The position numbers and the translations under genes are program-made. Below, one piece after another: positions 25,800 through 36,416 of a stretch of 59,745 nucleotides of DNA. The stretch is from a virus (taxonomy: Duplodnaviria; Caudoviricetes), in the IMG/VR virus record IMGVR_UViG_3300017991_000121, positions 1 to 59,745 of that record, one strand, 5' to 3'. The stretch's first letter is position 1. Every line of letters begins with the position of its first letter. The notes under the pieces were generated by a model. The model worked only from the letters and a program-made list of their open reading frames with translations. It was not told the DNA's origin and searched no databases.

Positions 25800-27866
25800 A
25801 TGGCCCAAGGGATCGAGTATCACGTCCGCGCGATCTTGGAGGCGCGGAAGGGACGGAACGCTGCGTCCAAGCTGGACAAGTGGGCGGCCGGGATCGTCCG
25901 CGTGTCCCAGGGGGTGGAGAACGTCGGCAACCGCCTGATCGGCAACACGTTCCAGACGGTGGCGCTGTGGGGGAAGCTCGGGGCGTCGATCGCCGCAGCC
26001 GCCGGCGCAGCGGGCCTGGTGGCCATGGTCAAACAGGGGTTCGCGTTCAACGCGCAGTTGGAGCAGATGCAGTACAGCATGGCCTCCACCCTCCAGCTCA
26101 TGGGGCACGCGCAGGGGGACTTCAACAAGAACCTCCAGATCAGCGAGGTGGTGCAGAACCGCCTGTTCGCCATCGCCGCCAAGTCGCCGGCCAGCTTTGA
26201 GCAGGCCAGCCAGATGTTCACCAACATGCTCCCCGGCGCCCGGTCGGTGACGGACAACATGGAGGACATCCTCCAACTGTCCAAGGAGTCCCTGGCCCTG
26301 GGCATGATCATGGGTGGCGACTTCGCCACCACCGGCGCGCAGATGAGCCGGATCCTCACCGGCGGCGCCGGTGCGGAGTTCGAAACGTGGAAGGTGCTCC
26401 AAAAGCCCATCCTGGAGGCGGGCAAGTCCCTGGACTACTTCGGGGACAACATGGCCTTGGGCACCAAGCTCACCCAGGAGTTCAACCGCCTGTCCCCGGA
26501 GAAGCGGTTCGAACTGGTGCGCGCCGCCACCGAGAAGTTGGGGGTGGCCACCGAGGCGTTCGGCGGCACGTGGGCTGGTGTGTCCAGCACCATGATGTCC
26601 GACCTCCAGATTCTCAAGAAGGAGATGACCAGCGCCACGTTCGGCGCGCTCAAGGAGACGTTCAAGGGCCTCACCCAAACCGGCGGAGTGCTCGACCCCA
26701 CGGGGGAGACCATGAACAAGCTCCGCGAGGCGGCGTCGTTCCTGGGGTCCAAGCTCGGCATGTTCGTGAGCCGCGCCGTGGAGCCCATGGGGCGGTGGAT
26801 CCAGGACTGGGCCGACAACTGGCAGGCCAACCTCACCAAGCTATTCAACTTCATCGATCGGTTCGAACGCGCGGTGAAGATGGTGCTCAAGGCCAAGATC
26901 GCCAGCGTGGGGATCGGCATGGGGCTCAAGGGCGCCGGGATGGTGGGCAAGGGCGTGGGCAAGGCCATCCAGGGGATCCAGAAGGTCTGGCCCGTGATCA
27001 TGCAGATGGGCGCCGCGGCGCTGTGGGCACTTCCGGCGATCCTGGTCCTGGGCTTTGCTCTGGCGGGTGTGGCCGCGATCGGTGGCGCCGTGGCTGCGTA
27101 CATCATCGCCCACTGGCAGGACATCGTGGACGCGGTGAAGTCCGGGGCCCTGGCGTTTGAGCCCCTGTTCTACGCGATCGATGACCTATGGGCAGCGCTC
27201 GTGGCGTTGGGCAACGCTATGTTCGGCACGAGCGGCCCGGCGGGGCTCCTCCAAGGGGTGGTGGACTTCCTGGGCAAGGCCATCTACTTCCTCATGGGGA
27301 TCATGGTCACGGGCATCCGGGTGATCGGCGCGTTCTACTTCGTGTGGAAGATGCTGATCATGGGCGCCAAGACGGTGAAGCTCGGCATGATCGCCATGAT
27401 CATGGGGATCGTGGGCATCATGAAGGCCGCGGCCGACGCGATCGGCCTGGACGACATGAGCCAGACCCTCCAGAACGGGATGAACTCCCTGTACCGCACC
27501 AGCAAGGAGACGGTGATGGGGATGAAGGACGACGCCAAGGAGGCCACCAAGTTCTTCGAGTACGCCAACGCGTTTGAGAACGCCCGCGCCGACCCGGATG
27601 CGGGGATCACTAAGGGGCTCCGCGAGGGCCTGGCGTCGTGGCGCAAGGAGGGAGACAAGGACATGGACCTGGGGACCATGGGGGGCGCGGGGGGCAAGAA
27701 GCCACCCAGCGGTGGCGGCCGCGCCACCCACATCCACAAGATGGTGGTCCACCAAGACCTGCGGAACCAAGACCCCGACCGAGTGATCGGCGCGTTCTAT
27801 CGGGCGGTGGACCGCTCGATCGAGAAGCGCACGAGCAGCCTGGCCCTGGAGGAGCAAGGGGTGTAG
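25800..27866 (+). CDS. tape measure protein
   Basis: 688 aa, helical, Ala/Gly-rich with hydrophobic stretches; IAAKSPASFEQ motif; position. Confidence 0.85.
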   Translation: MAQGIEYHVRAILEARKGRNAASKLDKWAAGIVRVSQGVENVGNRLIGNTFQTVALWGKLGASIAAAAGAAGLVAMVKQGFAFNAQLEQMQYSMASTLQLMGHAQGDFNKNLQISEVVQNRLFAIAAKSPASFEQASQMFTNMLPGARSVTDNMEDILQLSKESLALGMIMGGDFATTGAQMSRILTGGAGAEFETWKVLQKPILEAGKSLDYFGDNMALGTKLTQEFNRLSPEKRFELVRAATEKLGVATEAFGGTWAGVSSTMMSDLQILKKEMTSATFGALKETFKGLTQTGGVLDPTGETMNKLREAASFLGSKLGMFVSRAVEPMGRWIQDWADNWQANLTKLFNFIDRFERAVKMVLKAKIASVGIGMGLKGAGMVGKGVGKAIQGIQKVWPVIMQMGAAALWALPAILVLGFALAGVAAIGGAVAAYIIAHWQDIVDAVKSGALAFEPLFYAIDDLWAALVALGNAMFGTSGPAGLLQGVVDFLGKAIYFLMGIMVTGIRVIGAFYFVWKMLIMGAKTVKLGMIAMIMGIVGIMKAAADAIGLDDMSQTLQNGMNSLYRTSKETVMGMKDDAKEATKFFEYANAFENARADPDAGITKGLREGLASWRKEGDKDMDLGTMGGAGGKKPPSGGGRATHIHKMVVHQDLRNQDPDRVIGAFYRAVDRSIEKRTSSLALEEQGV

Positions 27867-27869
27867 CCC

Positions 27870-29072
27870 ATGGTCCAGGTCAACCCCCAGGCCCTGGCCA
27901 AGCTCGACGCCGTCCCGTCCCAGGCGTTCCCCCTATTCATCCAGGAGGTGACGGGGGAGGGGCGGACCATGGTGTTCCGCGGCCGGAGCCTCCCCTACCG
28001 CGGCGTCCCGTGGGGCGCGGAGTTGCGGGTGGAGACCAAGTATTTCCCCGGCAACCCCGTGGCCCAGGCCCAGGTGCTCGGCCCCACGTGGACCGACACC
28101 ACCATGACCGGGATGTGGAAGGACGCGTTCCTTTTCAACGACGACAGCAAGGTGACCCTGGTCAACTTCCCCCGGATCAGCACGGAGGGGCGCCCCGGGT
28201 CGGCCAACTTCGGCGGCAAGTCGTTCGCCAGCGGCGGCGCCACGCCGATCCCCGGAGACGCCAAGCGGGCCCGGGTGGTGCGGGACGCGATCTTCCTCCT
28301 CCAGCGCGGGGGCCAACTCCTGCGGGTGGAGTGGGGGAGCATGGTGCGGTACGGGTTCATCTCGGCCTTCGAAGCGGACCACGACCGGGAGGAGGACATC
28401 CGGTGGGAGATCACGTTCAAGTGGATCGGTGACACCGCGAGCGCGCCCAAGCTCAAGATCCGCCCCAAGCTCGACCCCCCGGGCCTGCTCGCGGCGATCC
28501 TGGCGGCGATCCAGGCGTTCCTCAACGCGGTCAACGCCGCCCTGGCCATCGCCCGGGGGTACCTCACCCTGGTGTCCCAGCGGATCACCAAGATCGGCCA
28601 GTTGGTGGCGGGGCTGATCGACGCCCTCAACGGGTTCGTGTCCCTGGTGTTCGCCCCCGCGGAACTGCTTGGGGTCCTCCAGCAGCAACTCACGTCGATC
28701 GTCCTGGCCTGCAAGGACTTGATCGACACCATCCGTTCCATCCCCGCGGCCTACGGGGCCACCCGGGACGGGGGCAACAGCAACGACGCCAACCTGGCTG
28801 CCGAGGCGGCCGCGGCTATCGCCTTCAACGCGGCCAAGTTGGGTGTGGAGTCCGCGATCACCCGGGACCAACTTGGTGACCTCCAGAGCCCGGACATCCT
28901 GGGCACGTTCACGTCCCCCGAGGACGTGACCCTGCGGGACGTGAGCACCCAGTTCTACGGGACCGCCAACAACTGGACCTTGATCGCGGACTTCAACGGC
29001 CTCAAGGGGTCGATCGCGCCGCGGGGGACCATCGTCAGGATTCCAGCACTGGACGGCGCGCAGGGGGTGTAG
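27870..29072 (+). CDS. tail tube initiator-like protein with C-terminal LysM-like domain
   Basis: C-terminal VTLRDVSTQFYGTANNWTLIADFNGL...GTIVRIP; follows the tape measure. Confidence 0.7.
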   Translation: MVQVNPQALAKLDAVPSQAFPLFIQEVTGEGRTMVFRGRSLPYRGVPWGAELRVETKYFPGNPVAQAQVLGPTWTDTTMTGMWKDAFLFNDDSKVTLVNFPRISTEGRPGSANFGGKSFASGGATPIPGDAKRARVVRDAIFLLQRGGQLLRVEWGSMVRYGFISAFEADHDREEDIRWEITFKWIGDTASAPKLKIRPKLDPPGLLAAILAAIQAFLNAVNAALAIARGYLTLVSQRITKIGQLVAGLIDALNGFVSLVFAPAELLGVLQQQLTSIVLACKDLIDTIRSIPAAYGATRDGGNSNDANLAAEAAAAIAFNAAKLGVESAITRDQLGDLQSPDILGTFTSPEDVTLRDVSTQFYGTANNWTLIADFNGLKGSIAPRGTIVRIPALDGAQGV

Positions 29073-29074
29073 CT

Positions 29075-30997
29075 GTGGCGGACGTGTTCTACCCCCAGTG
29101 CTGGATCCGCCTCCAGCTCCGGTTCGAAGACTACATCTCGGTGCCGCCGCCGCTCCCCCAACCCACGTTTGACGGGGACCCCGTGGACCAGGGTGGGTTC
29201 GTCACCCTGGACAAGAAGATCATCCCCATCAGCGCGCAAGTGACTCTCAACTCGTACCGCCAGGCCGACGAGGCGCGGGTCACCATCCCCTACGGCGCCC
29301 TGCCGATCGACCCCCGGGTTCTCCGCCAGGCCACGGTCCAGATCTACGCGGGCACGTTTGAGAACCCCCAGGACTTCGCGGACGGGATCGGGCCGATCAG
29401 CGGCGAGAGCCAGTTGACCTTGATCCCCGAGACGGGGACCTACGGCCTGCCGGCGGGGGAGGACATCGTCCTGCTGGAGGAGACCAGCAACGAGATCTTC
29501 CGGGGGTTCATTGACGACTGGGAGGTGAGCCAAGACGGGGACGACACGATCACCATCTCGGCGCGGGACATCACCGCCATCCTGATCGACACCGAGATGC
29601 CGATTGACGGCCTGGCGGGGATCCCCGCGTCCACGCCGATCGATGAGGTGATCAAGGCCGTGGTGGTGGGGGACGAGCAGGCCCAGTTCCTCCCCGTGGA
29701 CGCGCGAGAACAGCGGGCCGGGCGGATCGATGCGCGCCGGGATGTTCGGCGGCTCACGTACCAGGCGGGGATCGTGGCCAAGAAGCTGGCCCAGTTGTCC
29801 GCCCAGCAACCCCCGAGCGCTGAAGTGACCGCGGAGATCGCCCGCCTCACCGCCAAGCAGTCGGCCATCGCCGCCAACCTCACTGCCGCCACCGCACAGG
29901 CCGCGGCCGCAGACGCACTCCCGATCCTGGCCAAGCGGTACGGCCTCCCCGGGATGCGGGGGCTGGAGGTGGTCAACGCCACGGGGGAGGAACTCCCCAC
30001 GATCGGGGAACTCAAGGGGGCCACTTGGTTTGACAGCAAGGGCAACGCCAAGAAGGCGCGGGGCGGCGGCGCCAAAGAGCAGATCAGCTACTGGGATTTC
30101 GTCACGGACCTGTGCGTGGGGGTGGGGCTGATCTGCTACATGCGCACCCCCATTGAAACCCAGGGCGCCCTGGGTGCGCTCCCTCCCGCGGAGTTGGTGA
30201 TCGACCTCCCCAAGACCTACTACAAGGAGAGCGGCCAGGAACTGCGGCGGTTCGCCTACGGGGACAACGTGGACAGCCTGTCTGTGGTGCGCAACTACAA
30301 CGGCCGGAACGTCCCCACGGGAGTGGCCGTCACCGCCACCGAGGCCAAGACCGGGCGGAGCATCACCAGCAGGTTCCCCGAACTCCCCCTGACCACCAAG
30401 GCCGGCGTCAACCCCCTGGGGACGGGGGACCGCGCCGAGTACAAGACCGTGGTCCTCCAAGACCGGATCCCCAGCGACCGCGCCCAGGAGGTGCTCGACC
30501 GGATCGCGGAGTCCCTGTACGAGCAGTTCGGCCGCAAGGAGATGGAGATCAAAGTGTCCACCACCTCCCTCAACGCGTTCCCGAGCAACCGGGGCACGGG
30601 CACCCCTGACATGCTCCAACTGCGCGCCGGGGACCCCGTGGAGATCGTGATCGTGCCGAGCCTGCCGGACAACGTGGAGAACACGTATGTCACCCAGGCC
30701 GGCAACTTCTGGAAGCTGTCCACCCCGGAGCGGATCGAGGCGCTGATCACCACCTACGACTTCGACCCGGTGATCGCGGCCCAGTTGGCCCTGGCCATGG
30801 AGAGCGACCTCCTCCAGACCGTGTTCTACGTGCGGGAGGTGGCAGTGGACTTCCAGTACGACAGCGGGTTCAAGTTCGACATCCAAGCCATCAACTTCCT
30901 GGACGCGCGGTACGCCCTGATCCGCCAGTCCGTAGACTTCCTCCCCGCCGCCGTGGAGTTGGCGGAGGTGTTCCTGCCGGTGATCGAGGATCTGTAA
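29075..30997 (+). CDS. baseplate hub protein
   Basis: IFRGFIDDWEV...ITISARDITAILID; position; 640 aa. Confidence 0.75.
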   Translation: MADVFYPQCWIRLQLRFEDYISVPPPLPQPTFDGDPVDQGGFVTLDKKIIPISAQVTLNSYRQADEARVTIPYGALPIDPRVLRQATVQIYAGTFENPQDFADGIGPISGESQLTLIPETGTYGLPAGEDIVLLEETSNEIFRGFIDDWEVSQDGDDTITISARDITAILIDTEMPIDGLAGIPASTPIDEVIKAVVVGDEQAQFLPVDAREQRAGRIDARRDVRRLTYQAGIVAKKLAQLSAQQPPSAEVTAEIARLTAKQSAIAANLTAATAQAAAADALPILAKRYGLPGMRGLEVVNATGEELPTIGELKGATWFDSKGNAKKARGGGAKEQISYWDFVTDLCVGVGLICYMRTPIETQGALGALPPAELVIDLPKTYYKESGQELRRFAYGDNVDSLSVVRNYNGRNVPTGVAVTATEAKTGRSITSRFPELPLTTKAGVNPLGTGDRAEYKTVVLQDRIPSDRAQEVLDRIAESLYEQFGRKEMEIKVSTTSLNAFPSNRGTGTPDMLQLRAGDPVEIVIVPSLPDNVENTYVTQAGNFWKLSTPERIEALITTYDFDPVIAAQLALAMESDLLQTVFYVREVAVDFQYDSGFKFDIQAINFLDARYALIRQSVDFLPAAVELAEVFLPVIEDL

Positions 30998-31909
30998 ATG
31001 CCCATGCACCGCACAGCGCCGCCGCCCCGCGACTGGTCCCGCCAACGGGAGGGGATGCGGGGGATGCCCAAGAACTTCATCAGCATGGGGACGGTGGGCC
31101 ACCTGGACTTCACCCCCGAGTACGTGCGGGTGCAGGACGGGGACGTGCTCGTGGAGGTGACCCTGGCCCCCAGCGGCGACGAGATCGTGGCGCGCCTAGA
31201 TCTGTCCGCGGTGGACACCGGGGGCCTGTACTTCCCCATCTCCTATGGCCAGCGGGTGGTGGTGGCCACGCCCCAGGGGCGGGGCGGGGACGCGGTGATC
31301 GTGGGGCGGTGCAACGACCAGGCGTGGCCGTTCCCACCTAGCGTGGCGGGGGTGAGCACCGGCCCCAGCGCCCCCATGTTCGTGTTCCTGCGCACCGCGG
31401 ACGGCCAGCTTCTCGCCATCCAGACGGGGGACGGGGCCGACATTCTGATTCACAGCGGGGGCGGCCTCCAACTCAAGACCCTGGCTGGGGAGCACATCCT
31501 CCTCACAGGACGCACGCACATCGGCGCGGGTGCCGACTGGACCTCCCCTCCCACGGGGGGACAGGTGACCGACGCGGGGTTCGCAGCGCCTGGCGACCCC
31601 GGGGTGAACTACGTCCCCATCCCCAACACCAACACCGTGATCCCCCCGGTGCTCGACACCACGGTGGTCCCCCCGGTCCCCAAGCCCGCGGACGGGGTGG
31701 TGCGGATCAAGGACCCCGTTCAGAGCAACATCACCATCGACCAGGCGTTCTGGGCCTGGGTGGCCGCCATGGGCACCGCCGTGGGCCAGTTGGCGGCCTA
31801 CGTCAACGCCCTGGTGCCCGGAACCGTCACCCTCCCCCCTGTCCCCCCGCCGAGCACGCTCACCTCCCAGCACGCAGACGGATCCCTCAACACTTGCGCC
31901 GATGGTTGA
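30998..31909 (+). CDS. baseplate spike protein (gpV-like)
   Basis: OB-like GGLYFPISYGQRVVVATPQG...VIVG followed by beta repeats. Confidence 0.7.
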   Translation: MPMHRTAPPPRDWSRQREGMRGMPKNFISMGTVGHLDFTPEYVRVQDGDVLVEVTLAPSGDEIVARLDLSAVDTGGLYFPISYGQRVVVATPQGRGGDAVIVGRCNDQAWPFPPSVAGVSTGPSAPMFVFLRTADGQLLAIQTGDGADILIHSGGGLQLKTLAGEHILLTGRTHIGAGADWTSPPTGGQVTDAGFAAPGDPGVNYVPIPNTNTVIPPVLDTTVVPPVPKPADGVVRIKDPVQSNITIDQAFWAWVAAMGTAVGQLAAYVNALVPGTVTLPPVPPPSTLTSQHADGSLNTCADG

Positions 31910-32201
31910 GCCCCCCTCCCCCGGGGCGAACTGGATTCCCCGCCTTGCCACCGTCAAGCGGATCGCCGGACGGCTCCTCCGCGCGCACCGCGGCGGCCAC
32001 CTGGACATCGGGGGGTCCCAAGTGGACTCGTGCGTGGAGGTGCTCACCCGGGGGTTCGTGCCCACCCACCTGCGGCGGATCATGGGCGCCATGTGGCTCA
32101 AGCACGGCGCGGAGATCGCCGCCGGAGGGTGGGAGGAGCCTACCCGCCGCAAACCCGTGGACGACGAACTCGACGCCATGGTCCCCCCGGTTGTAGAGTA
32201 G
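31902..32201 (+). CDS. hypothetical protein
   Basis: 99-aa ORF filling the gap between structural genes. Confidence 0.5.
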   Translation: MVEPPSPGANWIPRLATVKRIAGRLLRAHRGGHLDIGGSQVDSCVEVLTRGFVPTHLRRIMGAMWLKHGAEIAAGGWEEPTRRKPVDDELDAMVPPVVE

Positions 32202-32205
32202 GGCC
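32194..32205 (+). promoter_or_regulatory. putative -10 element of a leaderless transcript
   Basis: TAGAGT 6 nt before GTG 32206. Confidence 0.35.
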
Positions 32206-34041
32206 GTGGCCGCCGCGAACATCGTGATCACCCAGAGTGGCGTGCGTGGTGCTCCCGGCGTGAGCCGCGACGACATCGCACTGTTCTCCGGCGCCAATCC
32301 AGTGGTGCTGTCCAACGCCGACGACAACGGGGTGCGGGGGTGGCGGTGGACCCTCCTGTCTGTTCCCCGCGGTTCCAGCGCGGTCCTGTCCAACGTGGTG
32401 GCCGCGCAGCCCACCTTGGAGCCGGACATCGAGGGGACGTACCTGATCCAACTCCAGGTGAACGAGGGGCTCACCGGGGAGGTGGACACCGTGGCGGTGG
32501 CGGTGCGCAACGCACCGATCACGATCGGCCCGGACACGTTCAACACCCGGTACATCGCAAGCGCCGAGACCGTGGAGGCCAACTGGGAGGCCGCGTGGGC
32601 CAACCCTGGCAACCCCAACGATACCGGGTGGTGGGAGGACTTGGACCAGTGGCTTCACCTCCTCCAGGCCGTGGCCGGGGCGATCGGCGGCAGCGGCGGC
32701 GGGACCGAGGCCATCACCAACCCCGCCCTCACGGGAGGGCCTGGGGACACACTGTCCCCCGCGCTCGGTGAGCGGGTGGTGTTTATCAACTCCGGCCCGT
32801 TTCCCTTCCCCCCGCCCATGTCCCTGGTCCTCCCAGAGATCACCCCCGCGGAAGCGGGCGGCGGCCGGCGGTGTTCCGTGGTCCTTCCCTTCGGCAACCC
32901 CTCCGCGGACCTGGAGATCACCCTGGCGGGCGGGGATGACTCCATCGTGGACTTCCTGACCGCCGCTGCCCCAGCGCCCGCCCTCACGTACCCCGCGGGG
33001 ACGTTCACCGGGTACACGGTGATCCAGTGGGAGGCGGTCAAGGACTTCACCCCGCCGCCGCCGGGGACGGTGCTCTCTGTGGTGCCGGACACCTTCGCAG
33101 GGCCCAACCCCGCCCCCGTGCCCATCGTGATCAGCGGAACCGGTGGCACCCTTCCCGCCCTGCTCGACATCGCCGTGCTCCTGATCCCCCAAGGGCCCGG
33201 GTTCCCCCTGTTCCTCAACGTGACGGCAGCGGACCAGCCTGGGGGACCCGGCACCCCGTGGACGATCGACGCGGAAATCTTCGCGTTCGACCTCGCGGGG
33301 GTCCCCAACCTGTACGACCTCCAGATCCAAGACAACAGCGGGTTCCCGCCTGCGAACTTTGCCATCCTCAATGGGGCGTTCGGTGACTCCACCCCCGCAG
33401 CGCCATCTGGTCCCCTCGTGGACTTGTGGCTCCCCGAGTACAACACGGGGGGCGGTGGTGGTGGTGGCCGATGGGACGAGGTGCTCGCCGCCGGGCCCAA
33501 CACCAATGGCAACGACGGGTTCGTCAACCTGGAAGACTGGCTGTTCTGGGACCCCTACGAGTCCACCCCCCTGGGCGACCCCACCACGGAGCCAAGCGGC
33601 CGCCCCTTGGGCCTCACGGACACGTTCCATGGCAAGGGTGTGCGCCGCGCCACGCTGTTCCCCATCGGAGGGGACCCTCCGGTCCCGTTCCACGCCAACA
33701 TCGGAGCACCGATCTACACGTGGAGCCCGGCGGCAGACGGGGCCAACTGGAAGATCCACATTCGCGCCGTGGTGTCGCGTAAGGAGGAGACGCTATCCCC
33801 TGCCCCCACCCGCATCGGGGTCCTGGAGGAGGTGTGGGAGTACACGTTCGGGGTGTGGACCAAGGTGGAGACGATCGTCAAGAGCGCCGACATCGGGGCC
33901 GACATCCAGTTTGGACCGGACGTGTTCGCCCCGGACGCGTCGATCTACCTCCAAGGACTCAACGTGGCCGCGCCTGGCCCCCCGCTCACGTACACCGGGT
34001 ACGTGGAGTACACCGTGGTGGACGGATACCCAGCGAGCTAG
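32206..34041 (+). CDS. virion protein with PKD/Ig-like N-terminal domain
   Basis: WRWTLLSVPRGSSAVLS...PTLEPDIEGTYLIQLQVN is a PKD-like pattern; Gly linkers separate domains. Confidence 0.65.
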   Translation: MAAANIVITQSGVRGAPGVSRDDIALFSGANPVVLSNADDNGVRGWRWTLLSVPRGSSAVLSNVVAAQPTLEPDIEGTYLIQLQVNEGLTGEVDTVAVAVRNAPITIGPDTFNTRYIASAETVEANWEAAWANPGNPNDTGWWEDLDQWLHLLQAVAGAIGGSGGGTEAITNPALTGGPGDTLSPALGERVVFINSGPFPFPPPMSLVLPEITPAEAGGGRRCSVVLPFGNPSADLEITLAGGDDSIVDFLTAAAPAPALTYPAGTFTGYTVIQWEAVKDFTPPPPGTVLSVVPDTFAGPNPAPVPIVISGTGGTLPALLDIAVLLIPQGPGFPLFLNVTAADQPGGPGTPWTIDAEIFAFDLAGVPNLYDLQIQDNSGFPPANFAILNGAFGDSTPAAPSGPLVDLWLPEYNTGGGGGGGRWDEVLAAGPNTNGNDGFVNLEDWLFWDPYESTPLGDPTTEPSGRPLGLTDTFHGKGVRRATLFPIGGDPPVPFHANIGAPIYTWSPAADGANWKIHIRAVVSRKEETLSPAPTRIGVLEEVWEYTFGVWTKVETIVKSADIGADIQFGPDVFAPDASIYLQGLNVAAPGPPLTYTGYVEYTVVDGYPAS

Positions 34042-34044
34042 CCC

Positions 34045-34518
34045 ATGTCCCGCAAGCAGAACACGTGGTCCTTCGCTAACGCAGACCAACTCACCTCCTT
34101 CATCGGCGCGGGGAGCATCGGTGCCGTTCATGGGGACTTCGCCATCCTGGAGGACACGGGGCAGCGGTACGTGTACCGGGCGCCCCCGGTGAACGCGTGG
34201 GAGCCGATCGACAGGCCCCAGGCCATCGCCACGGTGGACAGCGTCACCACTGCGATCGACTTCGCCAACGGGCGCAACGTCCACCTGGACATCAGCGCCC
34301 AGGCGAGCGCCGCGGACTTCACGTTGTCCAACGCCGTAGCGGGGATCACCTACGTCCTTCGGTTCGCCAACGGGCCGGGGGTGGGGATCGGGTCCACGTG
34401 GCCCGCCAACGTCCTGTGGCCTGGCGGCAGCGCGCCGGCGATCGACCCCACCGCCCTGATCCGCCTGTACTACGACGGCACCAACTTCTACGGCGTGGGG
34501 GACAGCAACTTCCTGTAG
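34045..34518 (+). CDS. tail-fibre-related protein
   Basis: IDFANGRNV...FTLSN...TWPANVLWPGGSAP...YYDGTNFYG pattern. Confidence 0.6.
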   Translation: MSRKQNTWSFANADQLTSFIGAGSIGAVHGDFAILEDTGQRYVYRAPPVNAWEPIDRPQAIATVDSVTTAIDFANGRNVHLDISAQASAADFTLSNAVAGITYVLRFANGPGVGIGSTWPANVLWPGGSAPAIDPTALIRLYYDGTNFYGVGDSNFL

Positions 34519-34528
34519 GAGCCCCGCC

Positions 34529-35047
34529 ATGAGCTACCCCAACCCCACCCCGTTCGGCCCGTACCTCCCCGACCGCCGGCTGGTCATGCCCCCCATGCCT
34601 GTGCCGATCCCCATCGGCCGGATTGCGGACTTCCCGGGGTACCTGGGGCCGAGCTTGATCATCCCTCTCCAGATCCAGCGGGGGGACAGCCTGCGGTGGG
34701 TGTTTCGTGCGTACCGCGAAGTGACAGGCGCCCCCGGCGCGGGTTGTGTGGATCCCGACTACCCCTACGGTCGGGGCACCGGGCCCCAGGCGCTCACGGG
34801 ACTCCAGGGGCGGGCGGTGATTCGGCGGGCCAAAGATCACCCCCAGGAATGGGCCCTGGCGGTGGCGGTGGATCAGACCAGCGGCACCCCCACGAGCGGC
34901 CAGATCATCGTGACCGCCCCGGCCAACGAGACTCGGCTGTACCCCGACCACGGGGTGTGGGACTTGGAACTGAACGACGGGACGGACGTGCTCCGCAAGA
35001 CCGTGGCGGAAGGCCCCGTGGCCTTCAACCGGGACACCGCCATCTAG
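34529..35047 (+). CDS. BppU-N-like baseplate/fibre adaptor
   Basis: IQRGDS...LTG...GQIIVT...ET...WDLEL...EG pattern. Confidence 0.55.
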   Translation: MSYPNPTPFGPYLPDRRLVMPPMPVPIPIGRIADFPGYLGPSLIIPLQIQRGDSLRWVFRAYREVTGAPGAGCVDPDYPYGRGTGPQALTGLQGRAVIRRAKDHPQEWALAVAVDQTSGTPTSGQIIVTAPANETRLYPDHGVWDLELNDGTDVLRKTVAEGPVAFNRDTAI

Positions 35048-35073
35048 TCTCGACACCGCCGTGGCGCGCGGTG

Positions 35074-35085
35074 TAGGCTCCTCCC
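35074..35085 (+). promoter_or_regulatory. putative -10 element of a leaderless transcript
   Basis: TAGGCT 6 nt before ATG 35086, no SD. Confidence 0.4.
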
Positions 35086-35508
35086 ATGGCGCGAGAGACC
35101 CAAGCACGACCCGCCCTCCGCGAACGCCTCGGCAAGTGGGATGCCTCCCGCGCCGGGGACCTCGTGGGGGTCAAGACCCAGGACGTACCGGACGGGAGCA
35201 CCGCCGGGAATGACGTGGAGGCCGACCCCGAGGCCAACCTCCACGTGAGCCGCGAGGCCACCGACGCGCACGCGTTCGTGGGCCTAGACCTCACCGATGA
35301 GGCGGTTCAGCCCATCCCCCACACCTTCAAGCGATCGGCGGCGGCCACCGAGGTGACCACCATCACCCTGGCCCAGCCGATCGACGGCAACACATCGTAC
35401 ACCCTGGACACGGCCGGCGCCGCGATCACGGTGATGCCCGTGGTGGGGTCGCCCACGCCCGCGTGGGAACTGGTGGCCGCGATCGGCACCGTCACCGCCG
35501 TCCCGTAG
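35086..35508 (+). CDS. putative virion protein
   Basis: 140 aa within the baseplate block. Confidence 0.55.
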   Translation: MARETQARPALRERLGKWDASRAGDLVGVKTQDVPDGSTAGNDVEADPEANLHVSREATDAHAFVGLDLTDEAVQPIPHTFKRSAAATEVTTITLAQPIDGNTSYTLDTAGAAITVMPVVGSPTPAWELVAAIGTVTAVP

Positions 35509-35520
35509 TACACTGGGCGC
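35509..35520 (+). promoter_or_regulatory. putative -10 element of a leaderless transcript
   Basis: TACACT 6 nt before GTG 35521. Confidence 0.4.
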
Positions 35521-36396
35521 GTGACCGCGTTCGGCCAGTCGCCGCTGGGTACTGGGCCTGGCCCCTTCGGGGGACCGGGCCTGATCACTGTGCTCGGCGT
35601 CCTCCCCTTGTCCAACGGGGAGTTCGTGGTGGTGTTCGACACCCCGCCCGAAGTGCTGGATCCCCAGGCGTTCACGAGCGCCACCAATGAGGAGAACTTC
35701 GCGCTGGCCGCCATCGACCCGAGCTACACCGCCACGGACGGAACCGTGGTGGTGCCGCCGGGCGAGTTCGTCCCCACCCGGTTCCCCAAAAGCGCCATCG
35801 CGAGCGAGGACCCAGACGGTGACCCCACCCAGATCGTGGTGGCCGCCGACTCGGCACTCCAGCCGCGGGTGCGATACGAGGTGACCATCTCCCCGTCGAT
35901 CTGCGGCGCCAACGGGGAGACGTTCGCCGGGCCCAACGTGTTTGAGTTCCGGGCCCCAGGCCTGTCCCGCCAGTTGAGCGTGACGGAGATCTCGCAGGAG
36001 CGGTACCGGGACTTCGACTACATCATCGAGCCCCGGCCAGGGGAGGTGTCCCAGGTGTACCGGCAGGATGCCAACGGGGACATCGGCCTCCAGGACGCAG
36101 TGACCAGCCTCCGCAAGCGGATTTACCGCAGGGTGTTTACGGACCCCGGCGCGTTCTCGTGGCTCCCGGAGTACGGGGTGGGGGTCAAGGTGAAGTCCCT
36201 GGCCCGCGCCGGACGGCTCCAAGAACTGGCGGGGCTGATCGCAGAGCAGATCAAGGCCGAGCCGGACGTGGTGAACGCGGGGGTGGAAGTGTCCGTGGAC
36301 CGCACGGGGAGCGGCACGTTCGTCAACATCGCAGCGTTCGTCCAGCAACGGGACGCTACGACCCGGCGCCTACTGTTTTCCGAGCCCCTGTCCTGA
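35521..36396 (+). CDS. baseplate wedge protein gp25/gpW-like with N-terminal Ig-like domain
   Basis: C-terminal GDIGL...SLRKRIYRRVFTDPGAFSWLPEYGVGV; N-terminal VVFD...LQPRVRYEVTIS. Confidence 0.7.
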   Translation: MTAFGQSPLGTGPGPFGGPGLITVLGVLPLSNGEFVVVFDTPPEVLDPQAFTSATNEENFALAAIDPSYTATDGTVVVPPGEFVPTRFPKSAIASEDPDGDPTQIVVAADSALQPRVRYEVTISPSICGANGETFAGPNVFEFRAPGLSRQLSVTEISQERYRDFDYIIEPRPGEVSQVYRQDANGDIGLQDAVTSLRKRIYRRVFTDPGAFSWLPEYGVGVKVKSLARAGRLQELAGLIAEQIKAEPDVVNAGVEVSVDRTGSGTFVNIAAFVQQRDATTRRLLFSEPLS

Positions 36397-36416
36397 CGTG
36401 GTAAGCTGCCGCCGAG

